From contig CP068257.2 in NCBI GenBank assembly GCA_009914755.4, positions 10,816,001-10,880,000 of the forward strand: DNA of 64,000 nucleotides. Reading direction: 5' to 3'. Under the pieces are notes generated by a model that was not told the origin of the DNA, searched no databases, and saw nothing but the letters and a program-made list of their open reading frames with translations. The stretch comes from the human T2T-CHM13v2.0 reference genome, Homo sapiens. Position 1 is the stretch's first letter; each line of letters begins with the position of its first letter. This document shows positions 30,619 to 47,424 of the stretch, piece after piece. The position numbers and the translations under genes were made by a program.

Positions 30619-33389
30619 TTATATACTGTACATAAAATATGAAAGTAACCAAACATTTATAATAAATTGTACATAAAATATCAAAGTACTCAAACTACAT
30701 ATTATATACAGTATATAAAATATCAAAGTACCCAAAGTGTATATTATATACTGTACATAATATATCAAAGTACCCGAATATATAGCATACTGTACATAAA
30801 ATATCAAATTAGCCAAAATATATATTGTATACTGTACATAAAATATGAAGGTACATCCAAGATATATTATATTGTGTACATAAAATATCAAAGTACACCA
30901 AATATATATTATATGCTGTACATAATATATTAAAGTTGCCCAAATATATATTATATACTGTACATAAAATATGAAGGCACATCAAATATATAGTATATGC
31001 TGCACATAAAATATCAAAGTACCCAAAGTATGTAATATATACTGTACATAACATATCAAAGTACCAAAAGTATATATTACCTACTGTAAATAAAATATGA
31101 AGGTACCTCAAATATACATTATATTCTGTACATAAAATATCAAAGTACACCAAATATATACTATATACTGTACATACAATATTAAATTACCCACAATATG
31201 TATTGTATTGTGTACATAAAATATGAAAGTAACCAAACATTTATAATAAACTGTACATAAAATATCAAAGTACTCAAACTGTATATTATATACTGTACAT
31301 AAAGTATCAAAGTACCCAAACTGTGTAGTATACACTGTACATAAAATATCAAGGTACCCAAAATATATATTGTAAACTGTAGATACGATATCAAATTACC
31401 CAAAATATATATTATATACTGTACATAAAATATGAAGGCACATCCAGTATATATTATATTCTGTACATAAAATATCAAAGTACACCAAATGTATATTATA
31501 TACTGTACATAAAATATAAAAGTACCCCAAGTATATATTATATACTCTACATAAAATATGAAAGTACCCAAAATATATATTATATACTGTACATAAAATA
31601 TCAAAGTACCCATAGTATGTATTATATCCTGTACATAAAATATGAAGGTACATCAAATATATATTATATTCTGCACATAAAATATATTACACCAAATATA
31701 TATTATATACTGTACATAAAATATGAAGGTACATCAAATGTATATTATATGCTGCACATAAAATATCAAAGCCCCAAAGTTTGTATTATATACTGTACAT
31801 AAAATATCAAAGTGTCCAAAGTGTATATTATATACTGTACATAAAATATGAAGGTACATCCGATACATATTATATTCTGTACATAAAATACCAAAGTACA
31901 CCAAGTATATATTATATACTGTACATAAAATATTAAATTACCCGAAATATGTATTGTATACTGTACATAAAATATGAAAGTAACCAAACATTTATAATAA
32001 ACTGTACATAAAATATCAAAGTACTCAAACTACATATTATATACAGTATATAAAATATCAAAGTACCCAAACTGTATATTATATACTGTACATACTATAT
32101 CAAAGTACCCGAATATATAGCATACTGTACATAAAATATCAAAGTACCCAAAATATATATTGTACACTGCACATAAAATATCAAGCTACATCAAAGATAT
32201 ATTATATTCTGTACATAAAATTTCAAAGTACACCAAGTATATATTATATGCTGTGCATAATATATTAAAGTCGACCAAATATATATTACATACTGTACAA
32301 AAAATATGAAGGTACATCAAATATATATTATATGCTGCACATAAAATATCAAAGTACCCAAAGTATGTATTATATACTGTACATAAAATATCAAAATACC
32401 CAAAGTATATATTATATACTATACATACAATATAAAATACCCCAAATATATATTATATGCTGTACATAAAATATCAAAGTACACAAAATATGTATTATGT
32501 ACTGTACATAAAATATCAAAGGACCGAAAATATATATTATATACTGTACATAAAATATCAAAATACCCAAAATATATACTATATACTGTACATAAAATAC
32601 CAAAGTACCCAAAGTATATATTATGTACCGTACAAAAAATATCAAAGTAGCCAAAATATGTATTATACACTGTACATAATATATGAAAGTACCCAAACAT
32701 TTATAATAAACTGTACATAAAATATCAATGTACTCAAACTATATATTATGTTCGGTACATAACATATCAAAGTACCCATACTATATAGTATATACTGTAC
32801 TTAAAATATCAAAATACCCAAAATATATATTATATACGTTACATAAATTATCCAATACCCAAAGTATGTATTATATACTGTACTTAAAATAGCAAAGTTC
32901 CCAAAATATGTATTATACACTGTACATAACAAATGAAAGTACCCAACCATTTATAGTAAACTCTACATAAAATACCAAAGTACCCAAACTGTGTATTATA
33001 TACTGTCCATAAATTATCAAAGTACCCAAAATATATATTGTAAACTGTACATAAAATATCAAAGTAGCCAAAATGTATATTGTATACTGTACATAAAATA
33101 TAAACGTACCCCAAATATATATTATATACTGTACATAAAATATCAAAGTACCCATAATACATATTATATACTGTACATAAAATATCAAAGGACCCAAAAT
33201 AAACATTATATACTGTACATAAAATATGCAAATACTCAAAATATATATTACATACTGTACATAAAATATCAAAGTACCCAAATTATGTATTATATACTGT
33301 ACGTAAAATATCAGATTACCCAAAATATGCATTATATACTGTACATAAAATATGAAAGTAACAAAACATTTATAATAAACTGTACATAA
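30619..33389 (+). repeat. Long-range duplicated block A, copy 1 (partner at 59846-62620, offset 29,227-29,231 bp)
   Basis: Near-identical ORF translations with distinctive private variants. 30619..30891 matches 59846..60118. 31182..31613 matches 60409..60840, both carrying 'GNLISYLQ' and 'VQCILHS'. 32412..32696 matches 61643..61927, both carrying 'YIVYILGILIFYVQYIIYIFGPLIF...ILYCMYSI'. 32991..33389 matches 62222..62620. Confidence 0.7.
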
Positions 33390-35035
33390 AATATCAAAGT
33401 ACTAAAACTATATATCATATACTGTACATAAAATATCAAAGTACCCAAACTGTGTATTATTATATACTGTACATAAAATATCAAGGTACCTAAAATATAT
33501 ATTGCATACTGTACATAAAATATCAAAGTACCCAAAATATATACTATATACTGTACATAAAATATGAAGGTACATCAAATATATATTATATCCTGTACAT
33601 AAAATATCAGAGTACACCTATTATATATTGTGTACTGTACATAATATATTAAATCACCCAAATATATATGTATACTGTATATAAAATATGAAGGTACTTC
33701 AAATATACATTATATGCTGCACATAAAATATCAAAGTACCCAAAGTATGCATTACATACTGTACATAAAATATCAAAGTACACAAATTATATATTATATA
33801 ATGTACATAAAATATGAAGGTTCATAAAATATATTTTATATTCTGTACATAATATATCAAAGTACATCAATTATATATTATATACGGTACATAAAAGATC
33901 AAAGTACCCAAAATATGTATTATTTACTGTACATAAAATATGAAAGTAACCAAACATTTATAATAAACTGTACATAAAATATCAAAGTACTCAATCTACA
34001 TAATATATACAGTATATAAATTATCAAAGTACACAAACTGTATATTATATACTGTACATAATATATCAAAGTACCCAGAATATATAGCATACTGTACATA
34101 AAATATCAAAGTACCCAAAATATATATTGTATACTGTACATAAAATATAAAGGTACATCAAAGATATATTATATTCTGTACATAAAATATCAAATTACAC
34201 CAAATATATATTATATGCTGTACATAATATATTAAAGTTGCCCATATATACATTATATACTGTACATAAAATATGAACGTACATCAAACATATAGTATAT
34301 GCTGCACATATAATATCAAAGTACCCAAAGTATGTATTATACACTGTACATAAAATATCAAAGTACCAAAAGTATATATTACATACTGTAAATAAAATAT
34401 GAAGGTACCTCAAATATATATTATATTCTGTACATAAAACATCAAAGTACACCAAGTATATAGTATATACTCTGCATAAAATATTAAATTACCCACAATA
34501 TGTATTGTATTGTGTACATAAAATATGAAAGTAACCAAACATTTATAATAAACTGTACATAAAATATCAAAGTACTCAAACTGTATATTATATACTGTAC
34601 ATAAAGTATCAAAGTACCCAAACTGTGTAGTATATACTGTACATAAAATATCAAGGTACCCAAAGTATATATTGTAAACTGTAGATAAAATATCAAAGTA
34701 CCCAAAATATATATTCTATACTGTACATAAAATATGAAGGCACATCCAATATATATTATATTCTGTACATAAAATATCAAAGTACACCAAATGTATATTA
34801 TATACTGTACATAAAATATCAAAGTACCCAACGTCTATATTATATACTGTACACAAAATATGAAGGTTCATCAAATATATTTTATATTCTGCACATAATA
34901 TATCAAAGTACATCAAATATATATTATATACTGTACATAAAATATCAAAGTACCAAAAATATGTATTATATACTGTACATAAAATATGAAAGTATCCAAA
35001 CATATATAATAAACTGTACATAAAATATCAAAGTA

Positions 35036-36420
35036 CTCGAACTACATATTATATACAGTATATAAAATGTCAAAGTACCCAAACTCTATATTATATACTG
35101 TACATGGTATATCAAAGTACCCGAATATATAGCATACTGCACATAAAATATCAAAGTACCCAAAGTGTGTATTATACACTGCACATAAAATATGAAGGTA
35201 CATAAAATATATATTGTATTCTGTACATAGAATATCAAAGTACTCCAAATATATATTATATGCTGTACATAATATATTAAAGTTGCCCAAATATATATTA
35301 TATACTGTACATAAAATATGAAGGTACATCAAATATATAGTATATGCTGCACATAAAATATCAAAGTACCCAAAGTATGTATTATATACTGTACATAAAA
35401 TATCAAAGTACCCAAAGTATATATTATATACTGTACATAAAATATAAAATACCCCAAATATATATTATATGCTATACATAAAATATCAAAGTACACAATA
35501 TATGTATTATGTACTGTGCATACCATATCAAAGGACCCAAAATATATATTATATACTGTACATAAAATATCAAAATACCCAAAATATATATTATATACCC
35601 TACATAAAATACCAAAGTACCCAAAGTATATATTATATACCGTACAAAAAATATCAAAGTAGCCAAAATATGTATTCTACACTGTACATAATATATGAAA
35701 GTACCCAAACATTTATAATAAACTGTACATAAAATATCAATGTACTCAAACTATATATTATGTTCGGTACATAAGATATCAAAGTACCCATACTATATAG
35801 TATGTACTGTACTTAAAATATCAAAATACCCAAAATATATATTATATACGTTACATAAACTATCAAATACACAAAGTATGTATTATATACTGTACATAAA
35901 ATAGCAAAGTTCCCAAAATATGTATTATATACTGTACATAACATATGAAAGTACCCAACCATTTATAGTAAACTCTACATAAAATAACAAAGTACCCAAA
36001 CTGTGTATTATATACTGTCCATAAATTATCAAAGTACCCAAAATATATATTGTAAACTGTACATAAAATATCAAAGTAGCCAAAATGTATATTGTATACT
36101 GTACATAAAATATAAACGTACCCCAAATATATATTATATACTGTACATAAAATATCAAAGTACCCATAAAACATATTATATACTGTACATAAAATATCAA
36201 AGGACCCAAAATAAACATTATATACTGTACATAAAATATCCAAATACTCAAAATATATATTACATACTGTACATAAAATATCAAAGTACCCAAATTATGT
36301 ATTATATACTGTAAGTAAAATATCAGAGTACCCAAAATATGCATTATATACTGTACATAAAATATGAAAGTAACAAAACCTTTATAATAAACTGTACATA
36401 AAATATCAAAGTACTCAAAC
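35036..36420 (+). repeat. Long-range duplicated block B, copy 1 (partner at 62636-64000, offset 27,597 bp)
   Basis: Seen: 'tactcgaactacatattatatacagtatataaaatgtcaaagtacccaaactctatattatatactg...' at 35036 and at 62636. ORF 35469..35732 closely matches 63066..63329. ORF 35863..36243 matches 63460..63840, both carrying 'GYFVILCRVYYKWLGTFICYVQ'. ORF 35925..36344 matches 63522..63941, both carrying 'MHILGTLIFYLQ'. Confidence 0.65.
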
Positions 36421-39400
36421 TATATATCATATACTGTACATAAAATATCAAAGTACCCATACTGTGTATTATTATATACTGTCCATAAAATATCAAAGTA
36501 CCTAAAATATATATTGCATACTGTACATAAAATATCAAAGTACCCAAAATATATACTCTATACTGTACATAAAATATGAAGGAACATCAAATATATATTA
36601 TATCCTGTACATAAAATATCAAAGTACACCTATTATATATTGTGTACTGTACATAATATATTAAATCACCCAAATATATATTGTATACTGTATATAAAAT
36701 ATGAAGGTACTTCAAATATATATTATATGCTGCACATAAAATATCAAAGTACCCAAAGTATGCATTACATACTGTACATAAAATATCAAAGTACACAAAT
36801 TATATATTATATAATGTACATAAAATATGAAGGTTCATAAAATATATTTTATATTCTGTACATAATATATCAAAGTACATCAAATATATATTATATACGG
36901 TACATAAAATATCAAAGTACCCAAAATATGTATTATTTACTGTACATAAAATATGAAAGTAACCAAACATTTATAATAAACTGTACATAAAATATCAAAG
37001 TACTCAATCTACATATTATATACAGTATATAAAATATCAAAGTACACAAACTGTATATTATATACTGTATATAATATATCAAAGTACCCAGAATATATAG
37101 CATACTGTACATAAAATATCAAAGTACCCAAAATATATATTGTATACTGTACATAAAATATAAAGGTACATCAAAGATATATTATATTCTGTACATAAAA
37201 TATCAAATTACACCAAATATATATTATATGCTGTACATAATATATTAAAGTTGCCCATATATACATTATATACTGTACATAAAATATGAAGGTACATCAA
37301 ATATATAGTATATGCTGCACATATAATATCAAAGTACCCAAAGTATGTATTATACACTGTACATAAAATATCAAAGTACCAAAAGTATATATTACATACT
37401 GTAAATAAAATATGAAGGTACCTCAAATATATATTATATTCTGTACATAAAATATCAAAGTACACCAAGTATATAGTATATACTCTGCATAAAATATTAA
37501 ATTACCCACAATATGTATTGTATTGTGTACATAAAATATGAAAGTAACTAAACATTTATAATAAACTGTACATAAAATATCAAAGTACTCAAACTGTATA
37601 TTATATACTGTACATAAAGTATCAAAGTACCCAAACTGTGTAGTATATACTGTACATAAAATATCAAGGTACCCAAAATATATATTGTAAACTGTAGATA
37701 AAATATCAAAGTACCCAAAATATATATTATATACTGTACATAAAATATGAAGGCACATCCAATATATATTATATTCTGTACATAAAATATCAAAGTACAC
37801 CAAATGTATATTATATACTGTACATAAAATATCAAAGTACCCAACGTGTATATTATATACTGTACACAAAATATGAAGGTTCATCAAATATATTTTATAT
37901 TCTGCACATAATATATCAAAGTACATCAAATATATATTTATACTGTACATAAAATATCAAAGTACCAAAAATATGTATTATATACTGTACATAAAATATG
38001 AAAGTAACCAAACATATATAATAAACTGTACATAAAATATCAAAGTACTCGAACTACATATTATATACAGTATATAAAATGTCAAAGTACCCAAACTCTA
38101 TATTATATACTGTACATAATATATCAAAGTACCCGAATATATAGCATACTGTACATAAAATATCAAAGTACCCAAAATATATATTGTATACTGTACATAA
38201 AATATGAAGGTACATCAAAGATATATTATATACTGTACATGAAATATCAAAGTACCGATAATACATATTATATACTGTACATAAAATATCAAAGGACCCA
38301 AAATAAACATTATATACTGTACATAAAATATTCAAATACTCAAAATATATATTACATACTGTACATAAAATATCAAAGTACCCAAATTATGTATTATATA
38401 CTGTACGTAAAATATCAGCGTACCCAAAATATGCATTATATGCTGCACATAAAATATGAAAGTAACAAAACATTTATAATAAACTGTACATAAAATATCA
38501 AAGTACTCAAACTATATATCATATACTGTACATAAAATGTCAAAGTACCCAAACTGTGTATTATTATATACTGTATATAAAATATTAAAATACCTGAAAT
38601 ATATATTGCATACTGTACATAAAATATCAAAGTACCCAAAATATATACTATATACTGTACATAAAATATGAAGGTACATCAAATATATATTACATCCTGT
38701 ACATAAAATAACAACGTACACCTATTATATATTGCGTACTGTACATAATATATTAAATCGCCCAAATATATATTGTATACTGTATATAAAATATGAAGGT
38801 ACTTCAAATATATATTATATGCTGCACATAAAATATCAAAGTACCCAAAGTATGCATTACATACTGTACATAAAATATCAAAGTACACAAATTATATATT
38901 ATATACTGTACATAAAATATGTAGGTTCATCAAATATATTTTATATTCTGTACATAATATATCAAAGTACATCAAATATATATTATATACGGTACATAAA
39001 ATATCAAAGTACCCAAAATATGTATTATTTACTGTTCATAAAATATGAAAGTAACCAAACATTTATAATAAACTGTACACAAAATATCAAAGTACTCAAT
39101 CTACATATTATATACAGTATATAAAATATCAAAGTACACAAACTGTATATTATATACTGTACATAATATATCAAAGTACCCAGAATATATAGCATACTGT
39201 ACATAAAATATCAAATTACCCAAAATATATATTGTATACTGTACATAAAATATGAAGGTACATCAAAGATATATTATATTCTGTACATAAAATATCAAAG
39301 TACACCAAATATATATTATATGCTGTACATAATATATTAAAGTTGCCCATGTATACATTTTATACTGTACATAAAATATGAAGGTACATCAAATATATAG

Positions 39401-42400
39401 TATATGCTGCACATAAAATATCAAAGTACCCAAAGTATGTAATATATACTGTACATAATATATCAAAGTACCAAAAGTATATATTACATACTGTAAATAA
39501 AATATGAAGGTACCTCAAATATACATTATATTCTGTACATAAAATATCAAAGTACACCAAATATATACTATATACTGTACATAAAATATTAAATTACCCA
39601 CAATATGTATTTTATTCTGTACATAAAATATGAAAGTAACCAATCATTTATAATAAACTGTACATAAAATATCAAAGTACTCAAACTGTATATTATATAC
39701 TGTACATAAAGTATCAAAGTACCCAAACTGTGTAGTATATACTGTACATAAAATATCAAGGTACCCAAAATATATATTGTAAACTGTAGAAAAAATATCA
39801 AAGTACCCAAAATATATATTATATACTGTACATAAAATATGAAGGCACATCCAGTATATATTATATTCTGTACATAAAATATCAAAGTACACCAAATGTA
39901 TATTATATACTGTACATAAAATATAAAATACCCCAAATATATATTATATACTGTACATAAAATATCAAAATACCCATAGTATGTATTATATCCTGTACAT
40001 AAAATATGAAGGTACATCTAATATATATTATATTCTGCACATAAAATATCATATTACACCAAATATATATTATATACTGTACATAAAAGATGAAAGTACA
40101 TCAAATATATATTATATGCTGCACATAAAATATAAAAGTCCCCAAAGTTTGTATTATATTCTGTACATAAAATATCAAAGTATCCAAAGTGTATATTATA
40201 TACTGTACATAAAATATGAAGGTACATCCGATACATATTATATTCTGTACATAAAATATCAAACTACACCAAGTATATATTATATACTGTATATAAAATA
40301 TTAAATTACCCAAAATATGTATTGTATACTGTACATAAAATATGAAAGTATCCAAACATTTATAATAAACTGTACATAAAATATCAAAGTACTCAAACTG
40401 TGTATTATATACTGTACATAAAGCATCAAAGTACCCAAACTGTGTAGCATATACTGTACATAAAATATCAAGGTACCCAAAATATATAGTGTAAACTGTA
40501 GATAAAATATCAAAGTACCCAAAGTATACATTATATACTCTACATAAAATATCAAAATACGCAAAATATATATTGTATACTGTACATAAAATATCAAAGT
40601 ATCCAAACTATATATTATGTACTGTACATAAAATATCAAAGTACCCAAAGTGTGTATTATACACTGCATATAAAATATGAAGGTACATAAAATATATATT
40701 GTATTCTGTACATAAAATATCAAATTACACCAAATATATATTATATGCTGTACATAATATATTAAAGTTGCCGAAATATATATTATATACTGTACATAAA
40801 ATATGAAGGTAAATCAAATATATAGTATATGCTGCACATAAAATATCAAAGTACCCAAAGTATGTATTATATACTGTACATAAAATATCAAAGTACCCAA
40901 AGTATATATTATATACTGTACATAAAATATAAAATACCCCAAATATATATTATGTGCTGTACATAAAATATCAAAGTACACAAAATATGTATTATGTACT
41001 GTACATACAATATCAAAGGACCCAAAATATATATTATATACTGTACATAAAATATCAAAATATCCAAAATATATATTATATACTGTACATAAAATACCAA
41101 AGTACCCAAAGTATATATTATATACCGTACAAAAAATATCAAAGTAGCCAAAATATGTATTATACACTGTACATAATATATGAAAGTACCCAAACATTTA
41201 TAATAAACTGTACAAAAAATATCAATGTACTCAAACTATATATTATGTGCGGTACATAAGATATCAATGTACCCATACTATATAGTATATACTGTACTTA
41301 AAATATCAAAATATCCAAAATATATATTATATACGTTACATAAACTATCAAATACACAAAGTATGTATTATATACTGTACATAAAATAGCAAAGTTCCCA
41401 AAATATGTATTATATACTGTACATAAAATATGAAAGTACCCAACCATTTATAATAAACTCTACATAAAATACCAAAGTACCCAAACTGTGTATTATATAC
41501 TGTCCATAAAATATCAAAGTACCCAAAATATATATTGTAAACTGTACATAAAATATCAAAGTAGCCAAAATATATATTGTATACTGTACATAAAATATAA
41601 AATACCCCAAATATATATTATATACTGTACATAAAATATCAAAGTACCCATAATACATATTATATACTGTACATAAAATATCAAAGGACCCAAAATAAAC
41701 ATTATATACTGTACATAAAATATCCAAATACTCAAAATATATATTACATACTGTACATAAAATATCAAAGTACCCAAATTATGTATTATATACTGTACGT
41801 AAAATATCAGAGTACCCAAAATATGCATTATATACTGTACATAAAATATGAAAGTAACAAAACATTTATAATAAACTGTACATAAAATATCAAAGTACTA
41901 AAACTATATATAATATACTGTACATAAAATATCAAAGTACCCAAACTGTGTATTATTATATACTGTCCATAAAATATCAAGGTACCTAAAATATATATTG
42001 CATACTGTACATAAAATATCAAAGTACCCAAAATATATACTATATACTGTACATAAAATATGAAGGTACATCAAATATATATTATATCCTGTACATAAAA
42101 TATCAAAGTACACCTATTATATATTGTGTACTGTACATAATATATTAAATCACCCAAATATATATTGTATACTGTATATAAAATATGAAGGTACTTCAAA
42201 TATATATTATATGCTGCACATAAAATATCAAAGTACCCAAAGTATATATTGTATACTGTACATAAAATATAAAGGTACATCAAAGATATATTATTTTCTG
42301 TACATAAAATATCAAATTACACCAAATATATATTATATGCTGTACATAATATATTAAAGTTGCCCATATATACATTATATACTGTACATAATATATGAAC

Positions 42401-45400
42401 GTACATCAAACATATAGTATATGCTGCACATAAAATATCAAAGTACCCAAAGTATGTATTATACACTGTACATAAAATATCAAAGTACCAAAAGTATATA
42501 TTACATACTGTAAATAAAATATGAAGGTACCTCAAATATATATTATATTCTGTACATAAAACATCAAATTACACCAAGTATATACTATATACTCTGCAGA
42601 AAATATTAAATTACCCACAATATGTATTGTATTGTGTACATAAAATATGAAAGTAACCAAACATTTCTAATAAACTGTACATAAAATATCAAAGTACTCA
42701 AACTGTATATTATATACTGTACATAAAGTATCAAAGTACCCAAACTGTGTAGTATATACTGTACATAAAATATCAAGGTACCCAAAATATATATTGTAAA
42801 CTGTAGATAAAATATCAAAGTACCCAAAATATATATTATATACTGTACATAAAATATGAAGGCACATCCAATATATATTATATTCTGTACATAAAATATC
42901 AAAGTACACCAAATGTATATTATATACTGTACATAAAATATCAAAGTACCCAAAGTGTTTATTATATACTGTACATAAGATATGAAGGTACATCAAAGAT
43001 ATATTATATTCTGTACATAAAATATCAAAGTACACCAAGTATATATTATATGCTGTACATAATATATTAAAGTCGACCAAATATATATTATATACTGTAC
43101 AAAAAATATGAAGGTACATCAAATATATAGTATATGCTGCACATAAAATATCAAAGTACCCAAAGTATGTATTATATACTGTACATAAAATATCAAAGTA
43201 CCCAAAATATATATTATATACTGTACATACAATATAAAATACCCCAAATATATATTATATGCTGTACATAAAATATCAAAGTACACAAAATATGTATTAT
43301 GTACTGTACATACAATATCAAAGGACCCAAAATATATATTATATACTGTTCATAAAATATCAAAATACCCAAAATATATATTATATACCGTACATAAAAT
43401 ACCAAAGTACCCAAAGTATATATTATATACCGTACAAAAAATATCAAAGTAGCCAAAATATGTATTATACACTGTACATAATACATGAAAGTACCCAAAC
43501 ATTTATAATAAACTGTACATAAAATATCAATGTACTCAAACTATATATTATGTGCGGTACATAAGATATCAAAGTACCCATACTATATAGTATATACTGT
43601 ACTTAAAATATCAAAATACCCCAAATATATATTATATACGTTACATAAACTATCAAATACACAAAGTATGTATTATATACTGTACATAAAATAGCAAAGT
43701 TCCCAAAATATGTATCATATACTGTACATAAAATATGAAAGTACCCAACCATTTATAATAAACTCTACATAAAATACCAAAGTAACCAAACTGTGTATTA
43801 TATACTGTCAATAAAATATCAAAGTACACAAAATATATATTGTCAACTGTACATAAAATATCAAAGTAGCCAAAATATATATAGTATACTGTACATAAAA
43901 TATAAAAGTACCCCAAATATATATTATATACTGTACATAAAATATCAACGTACCGATAATACATATTTTATACTGTACATAAAATATCAAAGGACCCAAA
44001 ATAAACATTATATACTGTACATAAAATATTCAAATACTCAAAATATATATTACATACTGTACATAAAATATCAAAGTACCCAAATTATGTATTATATACT
44101 GTACGTAAAATATCAGAGTACCCAAAATATGCATTATATACTGCACATAAAATATGAAAGTAACAAAACATTTATAATAAACTGTACATAAAATATCAAA
44201 GTACTCAAACTATATATCATATACTGTACATAAAATGCCAAAGTACCCAAACTGTGTATTATTATATACTGTATATAAAATATCAAAATACCTGAAATAT
44301 ATATTGCATACTGTACATAAAATATCAAAGTACCCAAAATATATACTATATACTGTACATAAAATATGAAGGTACATCAAATATATATTACATCCTGTAC
44401 ATAAAATAACAAAGTACACCTATTATATATTGTGTACTGTACATAATATATTAAATCGCCCAAATATATATTGTATACTGTATATAAAATATGAAGGTAC
44501 TTCAAATATATATTATATGCTGCACATAAAATATCAAACTACCCAAAGTATGCATTACATACTGTACATAAAATATCAAAGTACACAAATTATATATTAT
44601 ATACTGTACATAAAATATGTAGGTTCATCAAATATATTTTATATTCTGTACATAATGTATCAAAGTACATCAAATATATATTATATACGGTACATAAAAT
44701 ATCAAAGTACCCAAAATATGTATTATTTACTGTGCATAAAATATGAAAGTAACCAAACATTTATAATAAACTGTACATGAAATATCAAAGTACTCAATCT
44801 ACGTATTATATACAGTATATAAAATATAAAAGTACACAAACTATATATTATATACTGTACATAATATATCAAAGTACCCAGAATATATAGCATACTGTAC
44901 ATAAAATATCAAATTAGCCAAAATATATATTGTATACTGTACATAAAATATGAAGGTACATCAAAGATATATTATATTCTGTACATAAAATATCAAAGTA
45001 CACCAAATATATATTATATGCTGTACATAATATATTAAAGTTGCCCATGTATACATTTTATACTGTACATAAAATATGAAGGTACATCAAATATATAGTA
45101 TATGCTGCACATAAAATATCAAAGTACCCAAAGTATGTAATATATACTGTACATAATATATCAAAGTACCAAAAGTATATACTACATACTGTAAATAAAA
45201 TATGAAGGTACCTCAAATATACATTATATTCTGTACATAAAATATCAAAGTACACCAAATATATACTATATACTGTACATAAAATATTAAATTACCCACA
45301 ATATGTATTTTATTCTGGACATAAAATATGAAAGTATCCAATCATTTATAATAAACTGTACATAAAATATCAAAGTTCTCAAACTGTATATTATATACTG

Positions 45401-47424
45401 TACATAAAGTATCAAAGTACCCAAACTGTGCTGTATATACTGTACATAAAATATCAAGGTACCCAAAATATATATTGTAAACTGTAGATAAAATATCAAA
45501 GTACCCAAAATATATATTATATACTGTACATAAAATATGAAGGCACATCCAGTATATATTATATTCTGTACATAAAATATCAAAGTACACCAAATGTATA
45601 TTATATACTGTACATAAAATATAAAAGTACCCCAAGTATATATTATATACTCTACATAAAATATGAAAGTACCCAAGATATATATTATATACTGTACATA
45701 AAATATCAAAATACCCATAGTATGTATTATATGCTGTACATAAAATATGAAGGTACATCAAATATATATTATATTCTGCACATAAAATATCATATTACAC
45801 CAAATATATATTATATACTGTACATAAAAGATGAAAGTACATCAAATATATATTATATGCTGCACATAAAATATAAAAGTCCCCAAAGTTTGTATTATAT
45901 ACTGTACATAAAATATCAAAGTATCCAAACTGTATATTATATACTGTACATAAAATATGAAGGTACATCCGATACATATTATATTCTGTACATAAAATAT
46001 CAAAGTACACCAAGTATATATTATATACTGTACATAAAATATTAAATTACCCAAAATATGTATTGTATACTGTACATAAAATATGAAAGTAACCAAACAT
46101 TTATAATAAACTGTACATAAAATATCAAAGTACTCAAACTGTGTATTATATACTGTACATAAAGCATCAAAGTACCCAAACTGTGTAGCATATACTGTAC
46201 ATAAAATATCAAGGTACCCAAAATATATAGTGTAAACTGTAGATAAAATATCAAAGTACACAAAGTATACATTATATACTCTACATAAAATATCAAAATA
46301 CGCAAAATATATATTGTATACTGTACATAAAATATCAAAGTATCCAAACTATATATTATGTACTGTACATAAAATATCAAAGTACCCAAAGTGTGTATTA
46401 TACACTGCATATAAAATATGAAGGTACATAAAATATATATTGTATTCTGTACATAAAATATCAAATTACACCAAATATATATTATATAGTGTACATAATA
46501 TATTAAAGTCTACCAAATATATATTATATACTGTACATAAAATAAGAAGGTACATCAAATATATATTATATGCTGCACATAAAATATCAAAGTACCCAAA
46601 GTATGTATTATATACTGTACATAAAATATCAAAGTACCCAAAGTATATATTATATACTGTACATAAAATATAAAATACCCCAAATATATATTATATGCTG
46701 TACATAAAATATGAAAGTACACAAAATATGTATTATGTACTGTACATACAATATCAAAGGACACAAAATATATATTATATACTGTACATAAAATATCAAA
46801 ATACCCAAAATATATATTATATACTGTACATAAAATACCAAAGTACCCAAAGTATATATTATATACCGTACAAAAAATATCAAAGTAGCCAAAATATGTA
46901 TTATACACTGTACATAATATATGAAAGTACCCAAACATTTATAATAAACTGTACATAAAATATCAAAGTACTCAAACTGTATATTATATACTGTACATAA
47001 AGTATCAAAGTACCCAAACTGTGTAGTATATACTGTACATAAAATATCAAGGTACCCAAAATATATATTGTAAACTGTAGATAAAATATCAAAGTACCCA
47101 AAATATATATTATATACTGTACATAAAATATGAAGGCACATCCAGTATATATTATATTCTGTACATAAAATATCAAAGTACACCAAATGTATATTATATA
47201 CTGTACATAAAATATAAAAGTACCCCAAGTATATATTATATACTCTACATAAAATATGAAAGTATCCAAAATATATATTATAGACTGTACATAAAATATC
47301 AAAGTACCCAAAGTGTATATTATATACTGTACATAAAATATGAAGGTTCATCAAATATATTTTATATTCTGCACATAATATATAAAAGTACAGCAAATAT
47401 ATATTATATACTGTACATAAAATA